Shown: positions 1-9,081, numbered from the stretch's first letter. The stretch: DNA of 48,915 nt from Clostridia bacterium (GCA_017463815.1 JAFTOK010000072.1:1-48915); one strand, 5' to 3'. Translations and numbers: made by a program. Notes: a model not told the origin generated them from the sequence alone.

Positions 1-73
1 CAACGCATTCCAAGTTACCCCAAAAGAGTTAACCTTTTGCATTTCAAAAAGTTATTATGAAAATATAAATTTT

Positions 74-337
74 TTGAAATGGAGAAATTATATTTTGAAT
101 ATAGGCGAGGCTTCCAGAAATCGCATAATAGATTTATGTCAAAAAAATAACATAACCATAAACAAGCTCGCCACCATCAGCGGCGTCACCCAATCCACGC
201 TCAATAATATCATAAGCGGGCGAAATAACAGCGCAACCGTGTCTACAATAAAAAAGCTATGCGACGGACTTAACATCACAATAGTAGACTTTTTCAACAC
301 GGAAGATTTTTTGAATTTAGAACAAGAAATAAAATAA
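74..337 (+). CDS. XRE-family helix-turn-helix transcriptional regulator (87 aa; TTG start as in the track, true start uncertain)
   Basis: HTH motif ITINKLATISGVTQSTLNNIISGRNN. AT-rich compared with neighbours. A strong hairpin terminator follows. Confidence 0.7.
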   Translation: MKWRNYILNIGEASRNRIIDLCQKNNITINKLATISGVTQSTLNNIISGRNNSATVSTIKKLCDGLNITIVDFFNTEDFLNLEQEIK

Positions 338-338
338 A

Positions 339-366
339 CAGGTATGCTTTTTGCATACCTGTTTTT
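339..366. terminator. Bidirectional intrinsic terminator between convergent genes
   Basis: Stem CAGGTATGC/GCATACCTG with a TTTTT loop, an A-run before and a T-run after. Confidence 0.6.
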
Positions 367-370
367 CTAT

Positions 371-1147
371 TCAATCATTACAAACAAATTCGTAATCTGC
401 GCCGAAATAGCTGTCCCAGCCGTCTTTGGAAACGGCGTTCCATTCCGCGCGCGTGCCGCCGAACGTAATCTTCTCTACTTTCATACAATAGAGGAAAACG
501 CTGTCGCCCATAAAGCTAAGGCTTTTCGGCAAAGTTATTTCTTTAAGGCTGCCGCAGTTGCCGAAAGCCTCCGCACCGATGTGCGTGAGCGTTTCGGGCA
601 GAGTTATCTCCGTCAGCGCGCCGCAGCTGTAAAACGCGTTTGCGCCGATATGCGTAACACCCTTCGGCACGGAAATATTTTTTATACTGCAATCGCCGAA
701 AGCGTAATCTGCGATTATTTTTGTGTCAGCGTGCAAAACGAAAGATTCTTTTGAATTTTCGGGCGCAAAAACGGCGGCATAATACGGGTTTTGCTCCGTG
801 CCTACGTAGTTCACGGTTTCGTATGTGTTATAAACAAGCGCCGCGCAATCTTCAAAAGCATTGTGCGCTATGGAAACCACGTTTTCCGTAACCGTCATTT
901 TCACGATATCCGTTCCGCGGAAAGCGTATTCGCCTATGGCGGTGACGGGCAAGTCCTTGTACTCTTTCGGAATGAGCACGTCTTTGTCTTTGCATTTGCC
1001 TATGCCCGTAACGGTGTATGCCGTGCCGCTTTCGTTAAGCGTAAAAGCAAGCCCCTTGCTTTCCTCGCCCGCCTTTCGCGTGCAGGAAGTGAACAACGTG
1101 CAAACGAGGAGTGCCGCCACAAGCACAAAAATTTTTATTTTTTTCAT
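371..1147 (-). CDS. BspA-type leucine-rich-repeat surface lipoprotein
   Basis: Signal peptide plus lipobox (LFTSC). Repeated IGxxAFxxCxxL units (IGEYAF, IGANAFYSC, IGAEAFGNC). Start moved to the ATG giving MKKIKIF; the track ORF starts at a TTG at 1165. Confidence 0.7.
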   Translation of the reverse strand: MKKIKIFVLVAALLVCTLFTSCTRKAGEESKGLAFTLNESGTAYTVTGIGKCKDKDVLIPKEYKDLPVTAIGEYAFRGTDIVKMTVTENVVSIAHNAFEDCAALVYNTYETVNYVGTEQNPYYAAVFAPENSKESFVLHADTKIIADYAFGDCSIKNISVPKGVTHIGANAFYSCGALTEITLPETLTHIGAEAFGNCGSLKEITLPKSLSFMGDSVFLYCMKVEKITFGGTRAEWNAVSKDGWDSYFGADYEFVCND

Positions 1148-1161
1148 ATTTTTTCTCACAA

Positions 1162-2067
1162 TCAAAGAAATTTTACTATCTTCAAAGCGCTTCCGCTTTC
1201 ATATTCGCGTATTTCGCCTATGCCGAAGAAGCCGCCCGCGCCGTGCACACGCAAAAGCGTACCCGTGGCATAAGACGTGCCTATTTTCTTTTGGTAAATT
1301 TCCGCTCCGTTTTTGGCAAGACGCTCGTAAAACGCAGGAAGTGTTACTTTTTCCAGGTCTTTGAAAAGGCTTTCCGTCGGTATCAGGAGCGCGTCGCGTT
1401 CTTCCACGGAAAGCGCCTCTATTTCCGCGAGCGTGTGCGCCTCGGAAACGTTAAAGCCGCCCGTTTCCGTGCGGAAAAGGCTGCTCATAGCGCCGCCGCA
1501 GCCGAGCTTCGCGCCGATATCGGCGCAGAGCGTGCGTATATACGTGCCTGCGGAACAAGCGACGTCGAGCGTGTAATCCTTGCCCTGCCCGTCTGCCGCT
1601 ATGGAGTATACGGTTACAGGGCGCGCTTCGCGCTCTATTACTATACCCTTTCTGGCAAGGTCGCAGAGCTTCTGCCCGTTCACTTTCAGCGCAGAGTACA
1701 TCGGCGGAACCTGCATAATATCGCCGCGAAAAGAGTTCACCGCATCAAGCACTTCTGCCTTTGCGGGGATATTTTCGCTTTCGGTCAGTATTTTGCCCGT
1801 TGTGTCCTCCGTATCGGTGGTGAGCCCCAGGCGCAAGCCCGCACGGTAGACCTTTTTGCCCGCCGTAACGTATTCTGCCGCCTTCGCTGCCCTGCCGATG
1901 AGCACAATCAGAAGCCCCGTGGCGTCGGGGTCCAGCGTGCCGGTGTGACCCACCTTTTTCGTGCCGTAAAGCTTCCGTATTTTGAAAACGACGTCGTGCG
2001 AGGTCATTCCCGCGGGCTTATTTACGGGCAGAACACCCGAAATCTCTCGTTCAATCATCAAAGCCAC
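1162..2067 (-). CDS. truB: tRNA pseudouridine(55) synthase TruB
   Basis: KPAGMTSHDVV and GHTGTLDPDATGLL motifs, ~300 aa. The start may be the ATG at 2058 rather than the GTG at 2067. Confidence 0.9.
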   Translation of the reverse strand: MALMIEREISGVLPVNKPAGMTSHDVVFKIRKLYGTKKVGHTGTLDPDATGLLIVLIGRAAKAAEYVTAGKKVYRAGLRLGLTTDTEDTTGKILTESENIPAKAEVLDAVNSFRGDIMQVPPMYSALKVNGQKLCDLARKGIVIEREARPVTVYSIAADGQGKDYTLDVACSAGTYIRTLCADIGAKLGCGGAMSSLFRTETGGFNVSEAHTLAEIEALSVEERDALLIPTESLFKDLEKVTLPAFYERLAKNGAEIYQKKIGTSYATGTLLRVHGAGGFFGIGEIREYESGSALKIVKFL

Positions 2068-3043
2068 ATTCCTTTACGATGCGTTCCACAGCGGAATCCA
2101 CTTCGTCTGCGCCAACGCTGCAGCCTGCCGCGCCGGCGTGGCCGCCGCCGCCGAAAATACCGCAGATTTTCGCCACGTCTATTTCGCAGGAGCTTCTCGT
2201 GGAAATTTTGAACGTGCCGTCATCTTTTTCGCGCGCGAAAATTGCGATTTTCACACCGTCCGCGCGGCGAATGACGTTTATAACGTCGTATGTATCTTCG
2301 TCTTCAAAGCCGCGTGCGTGCTTATCCGCGAGCATAATTTTAACGTAGGAAATTTTGCCGCCGCAGAGGTAGCGCATATGTTCCATAGCGAAAGCTTCCG
2401 CCGCGAGCGCGCTTTTGCTCTTACATTCAAAGAGGTTGCGGCAAATCTGCGCGTGGTTTGCGCCGTGCTCTATGAGCTTCGCCGCCACTTTGTGCGTGGC
2501 AGGGGTCGTGTTCGCATAGCGGAAACCGCCCGTGTCAGCCGCCAGCCCCGCATAGAGCAAGGAGACAGTTTTTTCGGGTATATTGCCCGAAAGGAGCGTG
2601 TTCACTATTCTGTAAACTATTTCTGCGCAAGCGCCTGCCTTCGGCTCTACGTAAAGATATTTCGCAAAGCGGTCGTGCGTGGCGTGGTGGTCGAGCGCAA
2701 GGTTAACCTTTGCGGCATACGGGCGAAGCGCACCGAACTGCCCGGGGGAGGCAACGTCTGCACTCATAAGAAATTCGGGGGTGAAATCCGCAGGCAGGCT
2801 TTCGAGCGTGAAGTCACGTTCGCCGTCTGTCATAAAAGCGAGGGAGGAGGGCACTTTGTCGCAGCAAACGGGGTACGCCGTTTTGCCGAGCTTGCGAAGC
2901 GTGTATACGAGTGAGAAGCAAGAGCCCACCGCGTCGGCATCGGGGTTTTCGTGCATAAAGATGAGAAAATTGTCCTTCTGTAAAAGGAGCTTGCAGATAC
3001 CTTGAATGGTGATATTATTCATCCTCTGCCACCTCTTCCCCAT
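2051..3043 (-). CDS. nrnA: DHH/DHHA1 phosphoesterase, NrnA-like oligoribonuclease/pAp phosphatase
   Basis: NPDADAVGS, DHH and GGGH motifs. Conserved rbfA-nrnA-truB context. The start may be the ATG at 3022. Confidence 0.8.
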   Translation of the reverse strand: MGKRWQRMNNITIQGICKLLLQKDNFLIFMHENPDADAVGSCFSLVYTLRKLGKTAYPVCCDKVPSSLAFMTDGERDFTLESLPADFTPEFLMSADVASPGQFGALRPYAAKVNLALDHHATHDRFAKYLYVEPKAGACAEIVYRIVNTLLSGNIPEKTVSLLYAGLAADTGGFRYANTTPATHKVAAKLIEHGANHAQICRNLFECKSKSALAAEAFAMEHMRYLCGGKISYVKIMLADKHARGFEDEDTYDVINVIRRADGVKIAIFAREKDDGTFKISTRSSCEIDVAKICGIFGGGGHAGAAGCSVGADEVDSAVERIVKECGFDD

Positions 3044-3401
3044 TCTCCTCTTCTGTCGTTTCTATTTTTTTGAGCAAGCGCATAATATCTGCGCCGTGCT
3101 CCATACCCTTGTCGTGCTCAAAGGAAAGTTCAGGGGTCAGGCGCAGGTTAAGCTCGCGCGCAATGTAGGAGCGCAAATAGCCCGCCGCGCTGTAAAGCCC
3201 CGTTTTTATTTCTTTCACGCTTTCGTTTTCATTGCCGAAAACCGAAAAATAGATTTTGGCAAATTTAAGGTCGCCCGAAACGTCGGCTTTTGTAATTGTT
3301 ATTATGGCGTTTGCCACACGAGGGTCTTTAACCGTGCGAATGGCTTCTGCCATAACGCGCGTAACCTCGTCGTTTATTCTTGTACGTCTGTATTTGGACA
3401 T
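3015..3401 (-). CDS. rbfA: Ribosome-binding factor A
   Basis: MSKYRRTRINDEV...ITKADVSGDLKFAKIYFSV is typical RbfA. Start trimmed to the internal ATG; the track ORF extends to 3494 through the AT-rich promoter. Confidence 0.85.
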   Translation of the reverse strand: MSKYRRTRINDEVTRVMAEAIRTVKDPRVANAIITITKADVSGDLKFAKIYFSVFGNENESVKEIKTGLYSAAGYLRSYIARELNLRLTPELSFEHDKGMEHGADIMRLLKKIETTEEENGEEVAEDE

Positions 3402-3465
3402 TTCCGTTAAGTCCTTTCCGCGCCCAAACGGCGCTATTATGAGATAAAAAATTATATACACAATT

Positions 3466-3494
3466 ATTTTATCATCTTTTTCGCGCAAAATCAA
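3466..3494 (-). promoter_or_regulatory. Sigma-A-like promoter for rbfA operon
   Basis: Minus strand TTGATT-17 nt-TAAAAT, about 65 nt upstream of the rbfA ATG. Confidence 0.4.
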
Positions 3495-3587
3495 TGATAT
3501 ATATAATAATTATGATGTAAAATTTATGTTAATGGCGAAATAAAAAGCAGATATTGCAATAATACCTGCTTTTTATTGTTCCCGTTT

Positions 3588-4550
3588 TCAGGCTTTACGC
3601 CGCCCATAGCTCTGCCCAAGTATAACCGCCGCAAAAACCACGCACGGGAAAACCACGTTGCACACGGCGAGCGCCGCGCCGAAAAACCACGGAAACAACA
3701 CCGAAAGCGCCCAAACTGCGGCACAGAGCGCCGCAAATACGGCGATTTTTTTTGCGCAAACCGCCCTGCCGCTTTCGGGAAGCGCCAAAACGTCGCCTAT
3801 GGAAAGCGAAAAGGCGAAAAGCCGCCCGAGCGCCGGAAACCACATAAGGAAGGAAGAAAGCACGCTTCCCGCCCCCGTGAAAACCAAAAATATATGCACG
3901 AGTCCTGCCGCAAACACAGCCAGCACCCCACAGAGCGCAGGTGCGGGGCGAAAAGACGAAGCCCGCGCAAAATCGCTCTGCTCATCCGTCTTCGCGTGGC
4001 GCAGATATAGCGAAAAAAATACGGGCACCGCGCCCACAGCGGCAAAGCAAGCGGGCAAATCCTCTTGCCCCAAGGCAAAGCTCGGCGTCTCCCCGCCCCC
4101 GCCGAGCAAGGAAAGCGGCAAGAGAATGGCAAGCGGAAATACGCAAAGCTCTGCAAAGCGCCCGAGCGTGCTGAATCCGCGTAATTGAGCCATAACGCAA
4201 AGAATCACGAGCACGGGCAAAACGGCGAATGCCTGCCCGTTTTCATAGAAATTTGCCGCGCCCTTCGCAAGCTCCCAAAGCGATGCCAAAAACGGTAGCG
4301 CAAGCAAAACCGCGCAGGGCGCCCTCAAAACATAGCCGTACGTCCCAAAAACCGAGCGGCAAAGAGCCGCAAAAGAGCCACAGCTTTCGTGCGCGGCGGC
4401 ACACACCACGCACACACAAGCGCAGAAAAGGCACACAAACAGCGTGGCGGCAACGCTCGCACCGCCGTGAAGGCGAAACCCCGCCAGAATATAGCAAAAA
4501 ACAAGGCAAAAAAGCTGTGGTGCGGTAATTTTATTTTTCAAATCGGGCAT
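3588..4550 (-). CDS. Spore germination protein, GerAB/GerKB-like integral membrane (permease-fold) subunit
   Basis: Polytopic membrane protein. N-terminus KITAPQLFCLVFCYILAG resembles the Spore_permease family. Separated by 1 nt from the GerA-family gene (TGA-T-ATG), so probably translationally coupled. Confidence 0.55.
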   Translation of the reverse strand: MPDLKNKITAPQLFCLVFCYILAGFRLHGGASVAATLFVCLFCACVCVVCAAAHESCGSFAALCRSVFGTYGYVLRAPCAVLLALPFLASLWELAKGAANFYENGQAFAVLPVLVILCVMAQLRGFSTLGRFAELCVFPLAILLPLSLLGGGGETPSFALGQEDLPACFAAVGAVPVFFSLYLRHAKTDEQSDFARASSFRPAPALCGVLAVFAAGLVHIFLVFTGAGSVLSSFLMWFPALGRLFAFSLSIGDVLALPESGRAVCAKKIAVFAALCAAVWALSVLFPWFFGAALAVCNVVFPCVVFAAVILGQSYGRRKA

Positions 4551-4551
4551 A

Positions 4552-6000
4552 TCACGCCCTCCCCTCTGTGCGCACGGCGTTCTTGCCCGAAACAGCGGGC
4601 GGCACCTTTTTCATCTTCCAAATGGGCGACATATACAGGAAATCGCGAAGCCCCTCTGCCGAAAGTGGCGCAAACGGCGAAAAATACGGCACGCCAAAGG
4701 AGCTTTTGGCGGCACCGAACACGAGTGCGGCGGCAAGCACGGAGAAAAAGCCGAATATACCGAAAATACCACCCGCCAAAATAAGAACAAAGCGAAGAAT
4801 AGAATTGGGGTTCATATAAGGCGCACATATAAAATTACAAACGGCGGAGAACGCCACGATTATGAGCACAAATGGTGAAATTATGCCCGCGCTCACGGCA
4901 CTTTCACCTAGAATCAGCGAGCCGACCACGCCCACGGCGCTGCCCACAGCCTTCGGCATACGCAAGCCAACCTCGCGCAGAATTTCAAAGATTAAAAACG
5001 CAGTTATAATCTCCCAAGTGAGCGAAACCGTCATATCCTTGCGCGTTTCGGCGAGAAAATCGACCATTTCCTGCGGCAGAAAACCCATATGGTGTGCGGC
5101 GAGCGCCAGAAAAAGCCCCGGCAAAAATACGCCGAGCAAAACCGCCGCAAAGCGGAGCAAGCGCACGAACGTGGCGTAAAACGTATCTTTCGCATAATCT
5201 TCCGAAACCTGAAAGCCCTCACAGAAAAGGTACGGCACCGTCAGCACCACGGGCGAACCGTCTACGATAACGGCAATGCGCCCCTCCAATATCTTCGCCG
5301 CCACCTTGTCGGGGCGTTCGGAGTTGCCCACGGTGGGATAGAGCGCGTGCCCGCCGTCCTGAATATACATCTCTACACTGCCCGAATCTATAAGAGCGTT
5401 CGCGCGTATTGCGGCAAGGCGCTCTTTCAGCAAAGCCAGCGCGCGCTTATTCACAAGGTCGGAAATATACATAATTATCACGTCTGTTTTTGTAAGCGTG
5501 CCGAGCGTGATTTTTTCGCTTTTCAGCTTTTCACTCTTGATTCTGCGGCGCAAAAGAGTTGCGCTTTGCTGTGCGCTTTCGTTAAAACCATCGTGTGGGC
5601 CACGCACCACGTTTTCCGTTTCGGGCTCGGTGTTCGCTCTGCCCTCGTCGTTTTTCGTGGCGCAGATATAGCCGAAAATCCCCTCCGGCATATCTGCAAA
5701 AAGCAAAAGCGCGTTGCCTTCCAAAACGGCGTTTTTCGCCGCATCATAGCCAAGCGCGGCAGAAAAGCCCCCGCCCGTTACTATGCTTCCCAAACAAGCG
5801 TCCGCTCCGCCGCGAAGATACGCCGCAGAAATCGGTTCCAGCACAAATTTATTCAATAAATCTTTGGAACAATGCCCTATTATATATAATATATAGAAGG
5901 TTTGCCCGCCAAAAGCAAGCTCCCGTACCAAAAAATCGCTCATACCCGCAAACTCACCGCAAAGGTTGCCCTTTAAATCGGCAAATTTTCGTTCTTCCAA
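4552..6000 (-). CDS. Spore germination protein, GerA/GerKA family (A subunit of germinant receptor)
   Basis: 482 aa with a soluble N-terminal domain plus a C-terminal membrane domain. Sequence is typical of the GerA family (LLRRRIKS, IAVIVDGSPVVLTVP). TTG start preceded by GGGGGA. Confidence 0.85.
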   Translation of the reverse strand: MEERKFADLKGNLCGEFAGMSDFLVRELAFGGQTFYILYIIGHCSKDLLNKFVLEPISAAYLRGGADACLGSIVTGGGFSAALGYDAAKNAVLEGNALLLFADMPEGIFGYICATKNDEGRANTEPETENVVRGPHDGFNESAQQSATLLRRRIKSEKLKSEKITLGTLTKTDVIIMYISDLVNKRALALLKERLAAIRANALIDSGSVEMYIQDGGHALYPTVGNSERPDKVAAKILEGRIAVIVDGSPVVLTVPYLFCEGFQVSEDYAKDTFYATFVRLLRFAAVLLGVFLPGLFLALAAHHMGFLPQEMVDFLAETRKDMTVSLTWEIITAFLIFEILREVGLRMPKAVGSAVGVVGSLILGESAVSAGIISPFVLIIVAFSAVCNFICAPYMNPNSILRFVLILAGGIFGIFGFFSVLAAALVFGAAKSSFGVPYFSPFAPLSAEGLRDFLYMSPIWKMKKVPPAVSGKNAVRTEGRA

Positions 6001-6091
6001 AATACAAATCCCCCATTCTTTTAAAACGTTCCGTTTCTATTATTCGCCGCAAAAAAATTTTTATTCTTTTATGATTTTTTTCAAAAAACTA

Positions 6092-6120
6092 TTGAAATTT
6101 GTAATTCACCGTGGTATAAT
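6092..6120 (+). promoter_or_regulatory. Sigma-A-like promoter for rplS
   Basis: TTGAAA-17 nt-TATAAT. Leaves a ~90 nt 5-prime UTR before rplS. Confidence 0.5.
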
Positions 6121-6210
6121 ACTCACGTTGTATATTAAAAACACAAACGAGGCGGTCCGCTGCAATGCTCGCAAGAACGCTTCGGCACTACATTTATGGA
6201 GGAAACCAAA

Positions 6211-6555
6211 ATGGATAACAAAATCACAGCTTTTGTTAACGAGCAGCTTAAAACAGAAGTACCCCAGTTCGAAATCGGTGACACAGTTGAAGTTCAGAAC
6301 AGAATCAAAGAAGGTTCCAGAGAAAGAATTCAGCTCTTCACAGGTCTTGTAATCGCTAAGAAGAACGGCGGTATTTCCGAAACATTCACAGTAAGAAAAG
6401 TATCTTACGGTGTAGGCGTTGAAAAAACTTTCCCGATTCACAGCCCCAACGTTGTAGCAGTTAAAGTTACACGTAAAGGTAAAGTTCGCCGCGCTAAACT
6501 CTACTATGTTCGCGACAAAATCGGTAAAGACGCTCAGGTTAAAGAACTTATCTAA
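6211..6555 (+). CDS. rplS: 50S ribosomal protein L19
   Basis: GDTVEVQNRIKEGSRERIQLFTGLVIAKKNGG and KVRRAKLYYVR are hallmark L19 sequences. GGAGG lies 7 nt upstream of this ATG; the track starts 15 nt earlier. Confidence 0.95.
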   Translation: MDNKITAFVNEQLKTEVPQFEIGDTVEVQNRIKEGSRERIQLFTGLVIAKKNGGISETFTVRKVSYGVGVEKTFPIHSPNVVAVKVTRKGKVRRAKLYYVRDKIGKDAQVKELI

Positions 6556-6573
6556 GCTAACAAAACAAGTAAA

Positions 6574-6605
6574 ACAGGCTCCTTTATGGAGTCTGTTTTG
6601 CTTTG
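6574..6605 (+). terminator. Intrinsic terminator after rplS
   Basis: Stem ACAGGCTCC/GGAGTCTGT followed by a T-run. Confidence 0.6.
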
Positions 6606-6681
6606 TTAACGCAAAAAGTTTTGCAAAAAACTTTTTAGGAACAAAAACGTTCGGAAAGCCGCAGGCTTTCCTGCCATATCG

Positions 6682-6710
6682 AAAAGGAGGCGTAACACCT
6701 CCTTTTCTCT
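6682..6710. terminator. Bidirectional hairpin terminator (serves the minus-strand sleC operon)
   Basis: Stem AAAAGGAGG/CCTCCTTTT with a 7 nt loop. Confidence 0.55.
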
Positions 6711-6714
6711 ATCA

Positions 6715-7236
6715 TCAAGAGCTGTAATGAGAATTGTTATAATACGCGTTAAAGCTCTTCGCCGCCGCATCCCACGTGCGTTTATCCAACACACCTGTTT
6801 GCGGCAAACCGTTGTATCCCTGGAAACGCTTGAGCGCTTCCCTCGTTGCCTCGTCGTTTTCGCCGCTGATTACAATATCTTCAAAATCGTCGTATACCAC
6901 GGCAAGCGCGGAAAGTATGAGTTGAATCAGCACGATAATGTCGCTGCGCTCGCCGCTTTGCGAGGTGTAAGAGGGCGAGGGGAAAGGGTAAATCGGCTCT
7001 GCTTGCGAGGTCATATAGATGCTTTCCTTGTATCTTGCAAAAATCGCATCCCAAGTTTGCTTGTTTACCTCGCCGCTCGGCGCAATTCCGTTTTGCGCTT
7101 GAAAAGCCCGCACGGCATCGCGAGTATCCTCGCCATAAATTCCGTCGGGGTTTATAAGTGGGATTTCGCCCGTGATTTGCGCAATTTTACGAAGCATATA
7201 TTGAAGCTCGTAGACTTCTTTTGAAGGCTCTGCCAT
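6715..7236 (-). CDS. Peptidoglycan-binding (PG_binding_1) tandem-domain protein
   Basis: Two copies of the DGIYGxxTxxAVxxFQ...GxxxxxTW motif. RBS AAAGGAGAAG. 15 nt downstream of the SleC-like gene. Confidence 0.7.
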   Translation of the reverse strand: MAEPSKEVYELQYMLRKIAQITGEIPLINPDGIYGEDTRDAVRAFQAQNGIAPSGEVNKQTWDAIFARYKESIYMTSQAEPIYPFPSPSYTSQSGERSDIIVLIQLILSALAVVYDDFEDIVISGENDEATREALKRFQGYNGLPQTGVLDKRTWDAAAKSFNAYYNNSHYSS

Positions 7237-7251
7237 ATTCTATCTTCTCCT

Positions 7252-8640
7252 TTAGGAAATTGTGTCGCCCGGGTACTGAAATTCCGCGCGCAATTTGCCG
7301 TTTTCTATTTCGTTGTACTTTTCTGCGAGAAGCGCCCAGGTTATGGGGCCCACAACGCCGCTTTCGGGCAAGCCGAAAAGCCCCTGGAGCACGCGCACGG
7401 CGTTTTCTGTCGCCGCATCGTAATTTCCGCTCACCGCAGGCGGGGAAATTTCCGTGTAAACCTCCGCTATAACGCCGAGGAACGTTTGCACCGCCTCCAC
7501 ATCCTCGCCCGAAGAACCGAGAGTAAGGAGCACGCCGGGGAACGCCTCTGCCGAAACACCGCCGCCCGCCACGCTGGCTATAAGCCCGCGGTAGACGCTT
7601 GCCAGACGGTTCCAGGTTTCTTCATCTGCCTCTCCCGTTTCAGGCAAACCGTATTCACGTTGAAAAGCGAGCAACGAAGCTCTCGTCTGTTCGTCGAAAA
7701 CCCCGTTTATCGCAAGCGGCGGCACTTTTTGGTTAAAATCTGCCACGGTAGCGAGAAAATACTGCACCACGGAAACGTCTATGCCCGTGTCGCCAAAGGC
7801 GAGTGTGCCGGAAAACTGCTTTTCAACCTCGGAAAGTGTAAGCCCCTCGCTTTCAAGCTCGTTCAGCTTCTTCACGGCATTGTAGATTGCCTGTATTCTG
7901 TACCAAGTGGCTTTGCCTACTATCCCGTCTGCCGTAAGCCCGAAAATGCGCTGAAATTCCAGCACGGCATCCTCCGTTTCTGTGGTAAAAATACCGTCGG
8001 GCGCGGATATTTTAGGTATAGCGGGGTAGTTTGCCGAAATGCGGTTCAGGCGCGTCTGCAGTGTGCGGACGTCGTTGCCCGCCGAGCCCAGACGCAGCGG
8101 CACACCGGGGTAGCTTGCGCTTACGTTTTCTATAGGTGCGTCGCGCACTATGTTTATATCGTCGCCGTAGTAGTAGCGCAAAATATCATACGGAATATAG
8201 CCTTGCTCCGCAAGCTCTACCGTGCCCCACTGCGAAAGGCCGTCGCACATAGTGTTCACACCGTCGCAGTACAGGGCATAAAGCGGCTCTATAAACCCTT
8301 GCCGCGCGATGTAATCGTTGAAAATATCGTCCACTATTTCACTTATATTGTCGAAAATGTCGCGCCCGAAAACGAAGCTCTGGTCTATTGCCGTGGAGTT
8401 GGTTATGTCGAAATCATACCCGCGCGAGCGGTAATATTCCGTATAGATTCTGTTGAGCGCAAAGGAGATTTGCGCGTATATGTTGGCACGCAGGGCGTTT
8501 TCGGGCCACGTCGGGTAAATTTCGCTCGAAGCCACGTTTTTTATATAATCCGCAAAACTGAGAGTGACGTTCTGCGCCGCCGAATCGGGCGGCCCCAGGT
8601 GCACGGTCACGTTTTCGGGTATAACGGGCAATTCCGCCAT
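7252..8640 (-). CDS. sleC: Spore cortex-lytic enzyme SleC-like catalytic domain plus three PG_binding_1 domains
   Basis: N-terminal region DYIKNVASSEIYPTWPENALRANIYAQISFALNRIYTEYYRSRGYDFDIT matches my recollection of clostridial SleC mature enzyme. Followed by 3 PG-binding repeats. Confidence 0.75.
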   Translation of the reverse strand: MAELPVIPENVTVHLGPPDSAAQNVTLSFADYIKNVASSEIYPTWPENALRANIYAQISFALNRIYTEYYRSRGYDFDITNSTAIDQSFVFGRDIFDNISEIVDDIFNDYIARQGFIEPLYALYCDGVNTMCDGLSQWGTVELAEQGYIPYDILRYYYGDDINIVRDAPIENVSASYPGVPLRLGSAGNDVRTLQTRLNRISANYPAIPKISAPDGIFTTETEDAVLEFQRIFGLTADGIVGKATWYRIQAIYNAVKKLNELESEGLTLSEVEKQFSGTLAFGDTGIDVSVVQYFLATVADFNQKVPPLAINGVFDEQTRASLLAFQREYGLPETGEADEETWNRLASVYRGLIASVAGGGVSAEAFPGVLLTLGSSGEDVEAVQTFLGVIAEVYTEISPPAVSGNYDAATENAVRVLQGLFGLPESGVVGPITWALLAEKYNEIENGKLRAEFQYPGDTIS

Positions 8641-8655
8641 TTTTAAGCCCCCTTT

Positions 8656-9081
8656 CTAAAGCCCCTGCACGTTTCCGCCGCCGCTCACTATTATGTTGGA
8701 AGAAGGATATTTTTCCGCACCCGCCGTATCGGGCAAGGGGAGCATATTCACGGGCAGAACAGAAGTTGTGTCGGGGTAAATTTGCACGTCGCGCGTGACA
8801 AGCGTATAAAAATCTTTGTGAGAAACTTCCACGTCGTAAAGTGCGTACGGCACGCCGCCCGTATTCGGGCTGAGCGAGAGCGATTTCGGCGGGGTTTCCA
8901 GCGTGATAACGGGCGTTTTGCCGCTTTCGTCGGTTTCGAGCACCGCCACGGGGTAGCTTTCGCCGTCGCTTCTTCTGCCGCGAACAAAAACGAGCGCCCC
9001 CTCCACGGGGTAGGCGGAGCTTGCGGTGAACGCGCGCACGCCGAACTTGCCGTACGATTTTTCGGGATTTTGAAAATTCAT
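8656..9081 (-). CDS. Stand-alone homologue of the SleC N-terminal pre/pro region (carboxypeptidase-regulatory-like beta-sandwich)
   Basis: 141 aa. ETDESGKTPVITLETPP...YDVEVSHKDFYTLVTRDVQIY resembles the N-terminal segment of full-length SleC. TAG stop, then AAAGGGGG RBS, then the ATG of the catalytic gene. Confidence 0.6.
   Translation of the reverse strand: MNFQNPEKSYGKFGVRAFTASSAYPVEGALVFVRGRRSDGESYPVAVLETDESGKTPVITLETPPKSLSLSPNTGGVPYALYDVEVSHKDFYTLVTRDVQIYPDTTSVLPVNMLPLPDTAGAEKYPSSNIIVSGGGNVQGL

Noticed and set aside
3524-4550. Numerous overlapping 60-180-aa ORFs in all frames within 3524-4550 (for example 3576-4010, 3658-4188, 3797-4156 and 4229-4528).
   Set aside because: All lie within the very GC-rich GerAB-like membrane gene. 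They encode Arg/Pro/Ala-rich low-complexity strings, and only the 320-aa frame gives a coherent polytopic membrane protein coupled to the GerA gene.
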